This document shows positions 18,200 to 27,590 of a DNA stretch of 64,000 nucleotides, one piece after another (the first letter of the stretch is position 1; every line of letters begins with the position of its first letter). The translations under genes were made by a program, and so were the position numbers. Origin of the DNA: an uncultured delta proteobacterium (GTDB lineage Bacteria; Desulfobacterota; Syntrophia; Syntrophales; UBA2185). The notes under the pieces are model-generated. The model did no database searches. It was given only the letters and a program-made list of their open reading frames with translations, and had not been told where the DNA came from. The stretch spans positions 1 through 64,000 of the forward strand of contig CAVSPA010000016.1 in assembly GCA_963729715.1 (NCBI GenBank), read 5' to 3'.

Positions 18200-19918
18200 A
18201 TGAAGAATTCAGAAATCGCCAGAGTGTTTCACGATATGGCCGACCTTCTCGAACTGAAGGGGGAAAACGTATTTAAGATACGTGCCTACAGGCGTGCCGC
18301 CCAGGTTATCGAGCACCTTCCCAAAGAGATGGCAGTCATGCTGGAACAGGGAGAGGACTTTCAGAAAATACCCGGCGTGGGTGACGCAATAGCAAAAAAG
18401 AGCACTGAACTGATAGAGACGGGAAAGCTCGGGGCCTACGAAAGCCTCAAACACGAATTTCCCGAAGGCATAACGCGGCTTCTGGAGATTCCCGGCATCG
18501 GCCCCAAGACGGCGCACCGTCTTTCGTCGGAGCTGAAGATAACATCCGCAGACCAACTCGAAGAAGCGATCAAGGAGGGAAAGGTTGCCGATCTCTTCCG
18601 GATGGGGGACAAGACCGCTCAAAACATACTCCACAAGATTGAGGCCATGCGCCGCAAGGATCAGCGCATCCCTATCGGTCAAGCCCTGCCTATAGTCGAA
18701 GACATCTTAAATAGTCTCAGCAAACTCCCGGGGGTGAAGAACATGATCCCCGCCGGGAGCCTCCGGCGCTTCCGGGAAACAGTCGGGGATATAGATATCA
18801 TGGGGACAGCCGACAATCCGGAGAATGTGATCAATAAATTTGTCGCCCTCCCCGTTGTAAACGAAGTCCTCGCGAAAGGGCCGACCAAGGCGAGCGTCAT
18901 CCTCTCACCCGGCCTCCAGGCGGATTTAAGGATGGTGGAGCATGACTCGTTCGGATCTCTTCTGCAATATTTTACGGGGAGCAAACAGCACAACATCACC
19001 CTGCGGACGAAGTGCCAGAAGAAGGGGCTCAAGCTCAGCGAATACGGAATCACGGATGTCGCGCATGACAAGCTGGAAAAATTCACCACGGAAGAGGCCT
19101 TCTACAAGCGCCTCGGGATGCAATACATCCCTCCGGAGATCAGGGAGGATCAGGGGGAAATCGAACTGTCGGAAAAACACGAAATCCCCCGCCTCGTCGA
19201 TCTCCGGGATATTAAGGGAGACTTTCATGCACACTCGAAGTGGAGCGACGGCAACAATACGATCGAAGAAATGGCCATGGCTGCTAAGAATGAAGGTTAC
19301 AAGTATATGGCGATTACCGACCATTCCAAAGGACTGGGCATTGCGCGCGGCCTGACGGAAGAACGTCTGAAGGAACAGATTCAGGAAATTCGCAGGCTCA
19401 ATCAGAAATTAAAAGGCTTTCGCATCCTCTCCGGCATGGAGGTTGATATAAGAGCGGACGGTTCCATCGATATGCCTGACAGCATGTTGGCGGAGCTTGA
19501 TTGCGTCATCGGCGCAATTCACTCATCTTTCAATCAGAGCGAGGAGCGCGTCACCCGGCGCATTATAAGGGCGATTGAAAATCCCCAAATTGATATCATT
19601 GCACACCCGACGAGCCGCCTCATAGGCGAGCGGGAGTCGACAGCCGTCGATATGGAAGCCGTTTTCAAGGCAGCAGTGAAACACAAAAAGGCGCTGGAGA
19701 TCAACGCCATGCCGAGCCGCCTCGACCTCAAGGACATCCACATCCACCGCGCCCGGGAGCTGGGCATTATGCTTGCCATCGGAACGGATTCCCACATCGC
19801 AGGCCAGTTGAAACTGATGCGCTTCGGTACCGGCCTCGCCCGCCGCGGCGGCTGCGAGCCCAGGCATATCCTGAACTGCCTCTCTCTCGATAAGGTTCTG
19901 GCTTACTTCAGAAGATGA
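18200..19918 (+). CDS. polX: DNA polymerase X / PHP exonuclease fusion
   Basis: HhH motifs IPGVG and IPGIGPK; AGSLRR; GDID and DLR catalytic Asp; YFTGSK; PHP motifs HAH, DHS, GTDSH. Confidence 0.96.
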   Translation: MKNSEIARVFHDMADLLELKGENVFKIRAYRRAAQVIEHLPKEMAVMLEQGEDFQKIPGVGDAIAKKSTELIETGKLGAYESLKHEFPEGITRLLEIPGIGPKTAHRLSSELKITSADQLEEAIKEGKVADLFRMGDKTAQNILHKIEAMRRKDQRIPIGQALPIVEDILNSLSKLPGVKNMIPAGSLRRFRETVGDIDIMGTADNPENVINKFVALPVVNEVLAKGPTKASVILSPGLQADLRMVEHDSFGSLLQYFTGSKQHNITLRTKCQKKGLKLSEYGITDVAHDKLEKFTTEEAFYKRLGMQYIPPEIREDQGEIELSEKHEIPRLVDLRDIKGDFHAHSKWSDGNNTIEEMAMAAKNEGYKYMAITDHSKGLGIARGLTEERLKEQIQEIRRLNQKLKGFRILSGMEVDIRADGSIDMPDSMLAELDCVIGAIHSSFNQSEERVTRRIIRAIENPQIDIIAHPTSRLIGERESTAVDMEAVFKAAVKHKKALEINAMPSRLDLKDIHIHRARELGIMLAIGTDSHIAGQLKLMRFGTGLARRGGCEPRHILNCLSLDKVLAYFRR

Positions 19919-19919
19919 G

Positions 19920-20723
19920 TCAGATGAGACCCTTTGCACCCAGCCGGGAGATAATCATGGACATGAATCTCGGGCAGTGACGCTGAAGGAAGACTGCGAT
20001 CTTGCCGTGACCGGTAATAATCCTCTCACGCTCACGCCTGTACATCGCCCGTGCGATCTGGCGCGCAGCCTCTTCGCGCGATATCTGTAGCCATGCGGGA
20101 ACGCGGTCCTTCATTTCAGGATGATGCACACCCAATTTATCAACCTGACGGATCTCTGTTTGCACATAACCGGGAACAATCAGGACCACGCCTACGCCCT
20201 GTCGCCGGAACTCGTGCCGGAGCGATGCGGCAAGCCCATGGAGCGCAAATTTACTCATTGAATACGCTGACAGGCGCGGAGTTGCGATATAGCCGTTAAT
20301 GCTGCCGATGATTACGAGACATCCGTGAGAGGCAGTGAGGTGTTCCCGCGTCGCGTAAACGGTTTTCAGCACGCCGAAGACATTCGTCTCAAACTGACGC
20401 CGGAAATCTTCAACCGTCAGCTTTTCAAAGCGTCCCCCAACACCGAACCCGGCATTGGCAACAACATAGTTGATGCGGCCAAATTGATCTACAGCTTCTT
20501 CTACTGCAGCCTGAAGATCATCATCATTGCTGACGTCGCAGGGAACCACGAGCGCCTGCCGTCCCATTGCCGCAATCTCCCGGGCAAGCTTATGCAATCG
20601 TTCCTCGCGACGTGCAACCAGCGCCACATCACCGCCCTGACGCGCAACCTCGAGGGCCAACGCTGCCCCTATACCTGACGAGGCTCCAGTAATAAATGTT
20701 ACCGTATCGGAAAATTTTGCCAT
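19920..20723 (-). CDS. Short-chain dehydrogenase/reductase
   Basis: TGASSGIG, ANAG, YSMSK. Confidence 0.93.
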   Translation of the reverse strand: MAKFSDTVTFITGASSGIGAALALEVARQGGDVALVARREERLHKLAREIAAMGRQALVVPCDVSNDDDLQAAVEEAVDQFGRINYVVANAGFGVGGRFEKLTVEDFRRQFETNVFGVLKTVYATREHLTASHGCLVIIGSINGYIATPRLSAYSMSKFALHGLAASLRHEFRRQGVGVVLIVPGYVQTEIRQVDKLGVHHPEMKDRVPAWLQISREEAARQIARAMYRRERERIITGHGKIAVFLQRHCPRFMSMIISRLGAKGLI

Positions 20724-20808
20724 GTTGAATGAGAGCTCCCTCTAATTGTTTACACTATACATTCTCCCGGCCCTTTTCGTCAATATGATTGGCTGTCGTT
20801 TCCCCCCA

Positions 20809-20838
20809 TTGACTTACCGCACTCATTTCTCTTATACT
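20809..20838 (+). promoter_or_regulatory. Putative promoter of the AmmeMemoRadiSam operon
   Basis: TTGACT-18 nt-TATACT. Confidence 0.5.
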
Positions 20839-20893
20839 CATATTAGGTCGGTATGGTGCTTTGTACTACACGGAGAAATCTCTTAGAGACATC

Positions 20894-22075
20894 ATGATAT
20901 CAAGGCGTGATTTTTTGACAAACTGCGTGAGGCTTGCCCCCATCATTGGCGGCGCAGGCATAGTTCTCTCAGATCCTTTCTGGCAGGGGCTTTTGTCAGG
21001 CGGTGAACTGGGCGTCGCTCTCGCAGGCAATTCCACAGATGCGATAGATGCGCTGGTGCAGTCGGCACCCAGGGCGCGTTACTGGACTTCGCTGCACAAA
21101 GACAACACCGTGAGATGTTTCCTGTGCCCCCACAACTGTGTTATCGCTGACGGCGAACGGGGCAAATGCCACACGCGCGTGAACGTTAAGGGGGGGCTGA
21201 GGAGTCTTGTCTATGGCCGCCCTGTCAGCATCCATGTCGATCCGATAGAGAAGAAACCCTTTTATCACTTCCTCCCCGGCGCCCAAGCGTATTCCCTTGC
21301 TACAGCCGGATGCCCGCTGAAGTGCAAGTGCTGCCAGAACTGGGAAATCTCTCAGGCGAGGCCGGAGGATTATCAGAGTGCTTATGTCCCACCGGAGAAG
21401 ATCGCCAGATCAGCGTCTGCCAGCAAGGCGCGTGTCATAGCCTTTACATATAACGAGCCAACGGTCTTTGCCGAATACATGCTGGACATCGCCAAGGATG
21501 CGAAGAAACAAGGCCTCCGCTGTGCATTGATAAGCTGCGGATTCGTGAATGAGGCGCCTCTTGCGGAAATGTGCAAGGTTCTCGACGCGATCAAGATAGA
21601 CCTGAAGGGTTACAGCGAAGATTTTTATCGCAACGTTTGCGGCGCGGAGCTGAAGCCTGTGCTTGCGGGCATCAAACAGATAGCCAAGAGCCGCGCCCAC
21701 CTCGAAATCGTTAACCTCGTGGTTCCCACATTAAACGATTCCGACAAGATGCTCCTGGAGTTGATGGAATGGGTATTGGGAGAGTGCGGCCCCGATGTGC
21801 CTTTGCACTTCTCCCGCTTCCATCCCGCATACCAGATGCTCAATCTCCCACCCACGCCTGTAGCCACTCTCGAGCGTGCTCGTGACATGGCTCTCAGCAA
21901 GGGCATTCACTATCCGTACGTGGGAAATGTTCCGAGTCATCCGGGGGATAACACTTATTGTCCGAGCTGTAAAAAAGTCTTGATACAGAGGCAGGGCTTT
22001 TTTGTCACGGAGATGAGTATAAGAAATGGGCGCTGCAAATTCTGCAGCCGGAAAATCGCGGGCGTTTGGGTATAG
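20894..22075 (+). CDS. amrS: AmmeMemoRadiSam radical SAM enzyme with a twin-arginine signal peptide
   Basis: SRRDFL plus hydrophobic stretch; CFLCPHNC, DPIEKKP, CPLKCKCCQNWEISQ, YNEPT, RFHP, YVGNV, CPSC...CKFC. Confidence 0.9.
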   Translation: MISRRDFLTNCVRLAPIIGGAGIVLSDPFWQGLLSGGELGVALAGNSTDAIDALVQSAPRARYWTSLHKDNTVRCFLCPHNCVIADGERGKCHTRVNVKGGLRSLVYGRPVSIHVDPIEKKPFYHFLPGAQAYSLATAGCPLKCKCCQNWEISQARPEDYQSAYVPPEKIARSASASKARVIAFTYNEPTVFAEYMLDIAKDAKKQGLRCALISCGFVNEAPLAEMCKVLDAIKIDLKGYSEDFYRNVCGAELKPVLAGIKQIAKSRAHLEIVNLVVPTLNDSDKMLLELMEWVLGECGPDVPLHFSRFHPAYQMLNLPPTPVATLERARDMALSKGIHYPYVGNVPSHPGDNTYCPSCKKVLIQRQGFFVTEMSIRNGRCKFCSRKIAGVWV

Positions 22076-22092
22076 AAAGAGGTCATCGAGAT

Positions 22093-23631
22093 ATGAAAAT
22101 ACTAAGATGGTGTATTCTATTATTCGTCATTAGTCTTGGTTTTGCTCTTGCGTGTCAGGCCACGAAAGCGCCGGACGCCGATGTTCGCGAACCTGCAGTG
22201 GCGGGAAAGTTCTACCCGGAATCCGCATCCAAACTGAAGCTCGCTATTGAAAAATTCCTGGAGGACGCCCGACCGGCCAAGACCAAAGATGTCGTAGCCA
22301 TTATTGTCCCGCATGCGGGCTACATCTATTCCGGCCAGATATGCGCCGACGCATTTGCGCAGGTTAAGGACAAACAGTATGACGTGATCGTCATCCTGGG
22401 AACAAATCACACAACGCCGGGGTTTGAAAAAATTTCTCTCCATCCGGGGACAGGATTCCGCACGCCGCTTGGCATCGCTACGATAGAGAGAGAAGTCGTA
22501 GCCCAACTCATGACGGCTGATCCCGGCGATTGCGTGTTGGATAAATCCATCCACGCGCGTGAACACTCCGTGGAAGTGATAGTGCCGTTTGTCCAGGTCG
22601 TCTTTCCTGAGGCAAAGATCGTCCCTGTTGTTCTTGGCTCTCCGGATGTAGGCATGTGCACGCGCTTCGGCCAGGCCCTGGCACAAGTTGTGAAGAACAG
22701 GCGCGCATTGATAGTCGCCAGTTCCGACCTTTCCCACTATCCGGCGGTGGATGATGCCGTCGCAGTAGACAGGGAGACTCTCAAGGCGATTACAACGCTT
22801 GACCCTGCCTTATTCCAATCAGTGATTCAATCGCAGATGGATAGACGCATTCCCAAGCTTTATACGTGCGCCTGTGGTGAGGCGCCCGTCATGGCAGCGA
22901 TGGCAGCGGCGAAATCTTTGGGCGCGACACGCGGCGTAATTGTCAGCTATGCCAACTCGGGGGATGTTTCCATCGGTGATCGGTCGGAGGTCGTCGGCTA
23001 TGGCGCCGTTGTCCTGACAAAGAACGCTAACGGAAAGGACATAAGTAAAATAGATGCTCCCTCGCCTGCCCCTTTTTCCGAATTGCTTAGCCCCTCCGAC
23101 AAGAAGGCCCTGCTTGCCTTTGCGAGGGAAACCATATCCAGAACATTTTCGACTGATACAGTTCCACTCGCCAGGGGCTTCAGTACGAGTCTGCAACAGC
23201 CACGGGGCGTTTTTGTAACCCTCAAGAAGAGAAATGAACTACGCGGTTGCATAGGCCGGATAATAGGAGATGAACCGCTCGGGAACCTCACAGGTGCCAT
23301 GGCTTGGCACGCAGCATTCGATGACAGTCGCTTCAACCCGGTGACTGCCGATGAACTCCGTGAAATCGAAATTGAAATATCGGTACTTACTCCGTTGAAA
23401 GAGGTGTCCGGTGCTGCGGAAATAGTCGTCGGGCGGGACGGTGTTCTCCTCGTTAAACAGGGACATTCGGCGGTCTTCCTTCCCCAGGTGGCTACGGAAC
23501 AGAAATGGAACCGTGAAGAAACGCTCGATAACCTCTGTGCAAAAGCGGGTCTCCCCCGGGGATGCTGGAAACAGGGTGCGCAATTGTTAACCTTCCAAGC
23601 AGTGGTCTTCAGCGAGGCAGACTTCAAGTAA
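22093..23631 (+). CDS. Fused AmmeMemoRadiSam protein B (Memo) and A (AMMECR1) with an N-terminal signal peptide
   Basis: REPAVAGKFYP, PHAGYIYSG, EHSVE, ASSDLSHY, CG, VVGY; then GVFVT, LRGCIG, D.RF, FLPQVA, L..KAG. Confidence 0.92.
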   Translation: MKILRWCILLFVISLGFALACQATKAPDADVREPAVAGKFYPESASKLKLAIEKFLEDARPAKTKDVVAIIVPHAGYIYSGQICADAFAQVKDKQYDVIVILGTNHTTPGFEKISLHPGTGFRTPLGIATIEREVVAQLMTADPGDCVLDKSIHAREHSVEVIVPFVQVVFPEAKIVPVVLGSPDVGMCTRFGQALAQVVKNRRALIVASSDLSHYPAVDDAVAVDRETLKAITTLDPALFQSVIQSQMDRRIPKLYTCACGEAPVMAAMAAAKSLGATRGVIVSYANSGDVSIGDRSEVVGYGAVVLTKNANGKDISKIDAPSPAPFSELLSPSDKKALLAFARETISRTFSTDTVPLARGFSTSLQQPRGVFVTLKKRNELRGCIGRIIGDEPLGNLTGAMAWHAAFDDSRFNPVTADELREIEIEISVLTPLKEVSGAAEIVVGRDGVLLVKQGHSAVFLPQVATEQKWNREETLDNLCAKAGLPRGCWKQGAQLLTFQAVVFSEADFK

Positions 23632-23636
23632 TCTCC

Positions 23637-25799
23637 ATGATCATCTCACTTTTTTCCATTGGGCTCGTTTCTATCCTGGGTCAGATCGTACTGCTCAGGG
23701 AATTAAACGTCTCCTTCTACGGAGTCGAGTTGATTTACCTCTTGGCACTCGGCGTCTGGCTCTTTTGGACAGCCATCGGAGCGCTTGCCGGCCGCCGCAC
23801 TGCTTTTCCATCAGGTAAAGCCTTGGCGCTCCTTTTTATCATCTTCGGAATTATTCTTCCCCTGGATATCGTATTCATCCGCGCTAGCCGTCTCCTCGTG
23901 GGGGGCGTGCCCGGCGCATACCTCAGCTTTCTCCAGCAATTTACGATTGCGGTCATTTCACTCATGCCTGCGGGGATGCTGTCCGGCATTCTATTCCAGT
24001 TCACCGCAAAGTTGTACGTCGCGAAAGGGAAAACGCTGGCCATTGCCTACGCCATCGAAAGTCTCGGCGGGTTGATGGGCGGCCTCGCCGCAACCCTTTT
24101 CCTCAAATGGGGAATGCAGAACTTTGCCATTGCCTTTGCATGCGGTTTCGCTTCAGTCATCACCCCCCTTGTGTTTCTAAAACTAAAGAGAAGATCCCCA
24201 TTGCAATGGACGGCAGCAGTCTTGGCATGTATCCTTCTCTTGCTCCTGTGGAAGGGATCTCCCCTCGATCATCTTATGGTTGCCTGGAACCATCCGAATC
24301 TGCTCGCAAGCAAGGATTCTCCTTATGGCAGGATCACAGTAGCCCAATCGTATGGGCAAATCTCCGTTTTCGAAAATGACGCCCTTGCCTTTGATACAGA
24401 GGGAACGGAAGCTGAATACTTCACACATCTGGCGGCCCTCCAGCATGCAAATCCCGAGCAGGTCTTGATCTTAGGAGGAGGGATCGAAGGGATCGTCGGA
24501 GAGATGCAGAAATACAAACCAAAGAGAATCGATTACGTCGAACTGAATCCTGTCATGCTCGATATGGTCATGCGGCATCTTCCAGATGACATTCAGAAGT
24601 CTCTCAAGGAACCAAATGTCCGCATTACCCTTGCCGATCCCCGACGATTTCTCAAGGACAGCGGTAGATACGATCTCATACTCGTCGGCATGCCGGAACC
24701 AACGTCAGGCCAAGCAGACCGTTTTTATACAAAGGAGTTCTTCGAACTTTGCGCAGCGAAACTGAATCCCGGAGGCATTCTTGCCTTCCGGCTCCGCTCG
24801 GCCGAAAACATCTGGACATTGCCCTTGACGCGGCGCACGGTGAGCATCTGCCGCGCCCTCGAAACTGTTTTTCCTGAGATATTATTTCTTCCGGGGCAGA
24901 CGAATGTTGTCACTGCATCCCATGCGCAGTTGCCGCGGACGCCGGAAATCATGTCCCGGCGTCTCTTGGATCAAAAAATTGCCACGCGGCTGGTTTCACC
25001 GAATTACATCAGATACCTCTTTACCAATGACAGGTTTGGTGAAATTAGAAATCTCCTCCGGACAGATTCAGCACCTGCGAACACCGATGTCAGGCCTGTC
25101 TGCTACCAGTATGCCTTAACGATCTGGCTCTCAAAGTTCTTCCCCGGCATTGCCCTTATCGATTTTTCTTCCCTTCCGGACAAGCTCGCTGCAAAGCCTG
25201 CCCTGCCGCTGCTGTTGTGGATCAGCCTACCTCTTCTATTTCTGCTCTCCCGCTTCGTGCCTGCCTGCCGCCGTATCCTGCTGGTCGCTGCCGCAGGCTT
25301 TCTCGGCATGGTTCTCGAAACAATCCTCATTCTTTATTACCAGGTGAAATACGGAGTCCTCTATCAGGATATCGGGCTCCTGCTTATGAGCTTCATGGCG
25401 GGGCTTGCTCTCGGTGCAATGAGCATCGAGAGATTGATGGCCCGGTTTGCCAATCGGCCGAGATTGGTCAGATGGTATGGCGTCGCACTGCTCGCCGGAT
25501 TCTGCTTCCTGTGCGTCGTTACGGCAACCAGACTGACGATGAGCGCCGCAACGGGCCTGCTCTCGACTTCATGGCTCCTTATGGGGACGGGGTTTCTTGT
25601 TGCCGGCATCTTTGCATATGCAACCCTTTACGAAATAAAAGACCAGCGAATGGTAATCTCTCCCCTCTACGCGGCGGACCTGCTGGGCGGATGCGTCGGT
25701 TCTCTTCTCGGCAGCCTTCTTTTGATTCCGGTGCTGGGTATGGATATCACAACACAAGGGATGCTTCTCCTTGCCGCTTTTTCTATTCTCCTTGTTTGA
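23637..25799 (+). CDS. Multi-pass membrane protein with a central spermidine-synthase-like SAM-binding domain
   Basis: About 7 N-terminal and 7 C-terminal TM segments; SPYGRI, VLILGGG, VELNP, RFYTKEFF, LNPGG, NTD..P. Confidence 0.85.
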   Translation: MIISLFSIGLVSILGQIVLLRELNVSFYGVELIYLLALGVWLFWTAIGALAGRRTAFPSGKALALLFIIFGIILPLDIVFIRASRLLVGGVPGAYLSFLQQFTIAVISLMPAGMLSGILFQFTAKLYVAKGKTLAIAYAIESLGGLMGGLAATLFLKWGMQNFAIAFACGFASVITPLVFLKLKRRSPLQWTAAVLACILLLLLWKGSPLDHLMVAWNHPNLLASKDSPYGRITVAQSYGQISVFENDALAFDTEGTEAEYFTHLAALQHANPEQVLILGGGIEGIVGEMQKYKPKRIDYVELNPVMLDMVMRHLPDDIQKSLKEPNVRITLADPRRFLKDSGRYDLILVGMPEPTSGQADRFYTKEFFELCAAKLNPGGILAFRLRSAENIWTLPLTRRTVSICRALETVFPEILFLPGQTNVVTASHAQLPRTPEIMSRRLLDQKIATRLVSPNYIRYLFTNDRFGEIRNLLRTDSAPANTDVRPVCYQYALTIWLSKFFPGIALIDFSSLPDKLAAKPALPLLLWISLPLLFLLSRFVPACRRILLVAAAGFLGMVLETILILYYQVKYGVLYQDIGLLLMSFMAGLALGAMSIERLMARFANRPRLVRWYGVALLAGFCFLCVVTATRLTMSAATGLLSTSWLLMGTGFLVAGIFAYATLYEIKDQRMVISPLYAADLLGGCVGSLLGSLLLIPVLGMDITTQGMLLLAAFSILLV

Positions 25800-25809
25800 A
25801 GTTAATCGT

Positions 25810-25838
25810 TTGACACATGGAGTCCATTTTCCTATAAT
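25810..25838 (+). promoter_or_regulatory. Consensus sigma70 promoter
   Basis: TTGACA-17 nt-TATAAT, perfect consensus. Confidence 0.85.
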
Positions 25839-25877
25839 CCCATTGAAAATATACATTACGTCAGGAGGAAAAGCTCG

Positions 25878-27524
25878 ATGGCAAAGATTACGGGCGGGCA
25901 ACTGGCAGCGAAAACACTGAAGCAGATAGGTGTTACAACCGTATTCACCCTTTCCGGCGGCCACATTATCGATATCTATAATGGCTTTGTGGATGAGGGG
26001 ATCAGGATAATCGACGTGCGGCATGAGCAAACAGCAGCCCATGCCGCTGAGGCGTGGACGAGGCTTACGGGCGTTCCCGGCGTGGCTGTGGTGACGGCCG
26101 GTCCCGGCGTGACCGATGCTATAACCGGCATAGCCAATGCCTTCCGGAACCAGGTGCCCATGCTCGTAATCGGCGGTCAGGCCCCGCGGAAGCAGCTTCT
26201 GAAGGGCGGGCTGCAGGAGCTCGACCATGTTGCGCTCACGAAGCCCATAACCAAGCTTTCCATATCTATTTCCGATACCGAACGCATTCCCGAATTAATT
26301 GCCACTGCCTTAAGAGAGGCGTATAACGGCCGGCCGGGACCGTCTTTTGTCGAAATTCCCATAGACGTGCTGGATAACGCTATAGATCTGGATACGGTCA
26401 CCTTCCCTTCATACATCCGTTCGCAGGGACGTAAGTACGGCGACCCCGCTCTCATCAAACAGGCGGCGGAGCTGTTGGAAAAGGCCACGCGGCCGGCCAT
26501 CATCGCGGGCACGCAGGTATGGTACTGCCGCGCCGATGACGAGCTTTCGACATTTGTAGACAAGGCCTGCATCCCCACCTATCTCAACGGCGCTGCGAGG
26601 GGATGCCTTTCCGGAGATTGTCCCTCTTTTATGGTTCGCTCGCGAAGGCACGCTCTTTCCAAGGCCGATGTGGTCATGGTCATCGGCACACCCTTTGATT
26701 TCAGGCTGGCATACGGCAACCGCATCGCGAAAAATGCAAAGGTAATTCAAATCGATTTGGACTACGGTGAACTTGGACACAACAGGGAAATCGCAATCGG
26801 CATCGAGGGCAATATAAAGGCGGTACTCTCGCAGCTCACGGAAGCGTTCACGACTTCTCGGCGCGGCGGAGGATGGCTCGATGAACTTTGTCAGCTCGAA
26901 AAAAAATTACTCGATAAAGACAAGCCGTACCTTGAATCCGATGCCGTGCCCATCCATCCCCTGCGTCTCGCGAGCGAGATTAAGGCATTCATGCCGGAAG
27001 ACACAATCTTCATCGCCGACGGCGGGGACGTAGTAACAATGTCCGCGAGCATCGTCACACCGTGTATACCGGGGCGCTGGCTCGATCCGGGCCCCTTAGG
27101 CACCCTCGGTGTGGGGACGCCGTTTGCCATCGCCGCCAAAGCGGCCATGCCTGATACCGAAGTTATTGTCCTCTTCGGTGATGGGGCCTTCGGCCTGACC
27201 GGCTTTGACTATGATACACTCATACGCTTCAATATGCCGGTAATCGGTATCGTGGCAAACAATGCCGCCTGGAATCAGGTTCGCTACGGACAGATGGAAA
27301 GATACGGCCGGGCGCGTGGCGAAGTGGCGAATGTTCTCAGTTCGCTTCGTTATGACCGCGTGGTCGAGGCCATGGGTGGCTACGGCGAGCATGTCACCGA
27401 CCCCGCACAGATCCGCCCTGCCCTGGAGCGGGCACGCAGGTCCGGAAAGCCATCTTTGATAAATGTCATGGTGGACCCCAATGTATTCAGTTCCGGAACG
27501 ATGACACAATCCATGTTCAAATAG
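25878..27524 (+). CDS. ThDP-dependent enzyme (acetolactate synthase-like; 2-hydroxyacyl-CoA lyase / oxalyl-CoA decarboxylase clade)
   Basis: RHEQTA, TAGPG, DPGPLGTLGVG, GDGAFG...NN ThDP motif. Confidence 0.88.
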   Translation: MAKITGGQLAAKTLKQIGVTTVFTLSGGHIIDIYNGFVDEGIRIIDVRHEQTAAHAAEAWTRLTGVPGVAVVTAGPGVTDAITGIANAFRNQVPMLVIGGQAPRKQLLKGGLQELDHVALTKPITKLSISISDTERIPELIATALREAYNGRPGPSFVEIPIDVLDNAIDLDTVTFPSYIRSQGRKYGDPALIKQAAELLEKATRPAIIAGTQVWYCRADDELSTFVDKACIPTYLNGAARGCLSGDCPSFMVRSRRHALSKADVVMVIGTPFDFRLAYGNRIAKNAKVIQIDLDYGELGHNREIAIGIEGNIKAVLSQLTEAFTTSRRGGGWLDELCQLEKKLLDKDKPYLESDAVPIHPLRLASEIKAFMPEDTIFIADGGDVVTMSASIVTPCIPGRWLDPGPLGTLGVGTPFAIAAKAAMPDTEVIVLFGDGAFGLTGFDYDTLIRFNMPVIGIVANNAAWNQVRYGQMERYGRARGEVANVLSSLRYDRVVEAMGGYGEHVTDPAQIRPALERARRSGKPSLINVMVDPNVFSSGTMTQSMFK

Positions 27525-27590
27525 CCGGTACAAATGCCGCATTGATCAAAGACCCTTGTTTCCTTTCAACGAAAGTTTTGAGGCGGGTGT

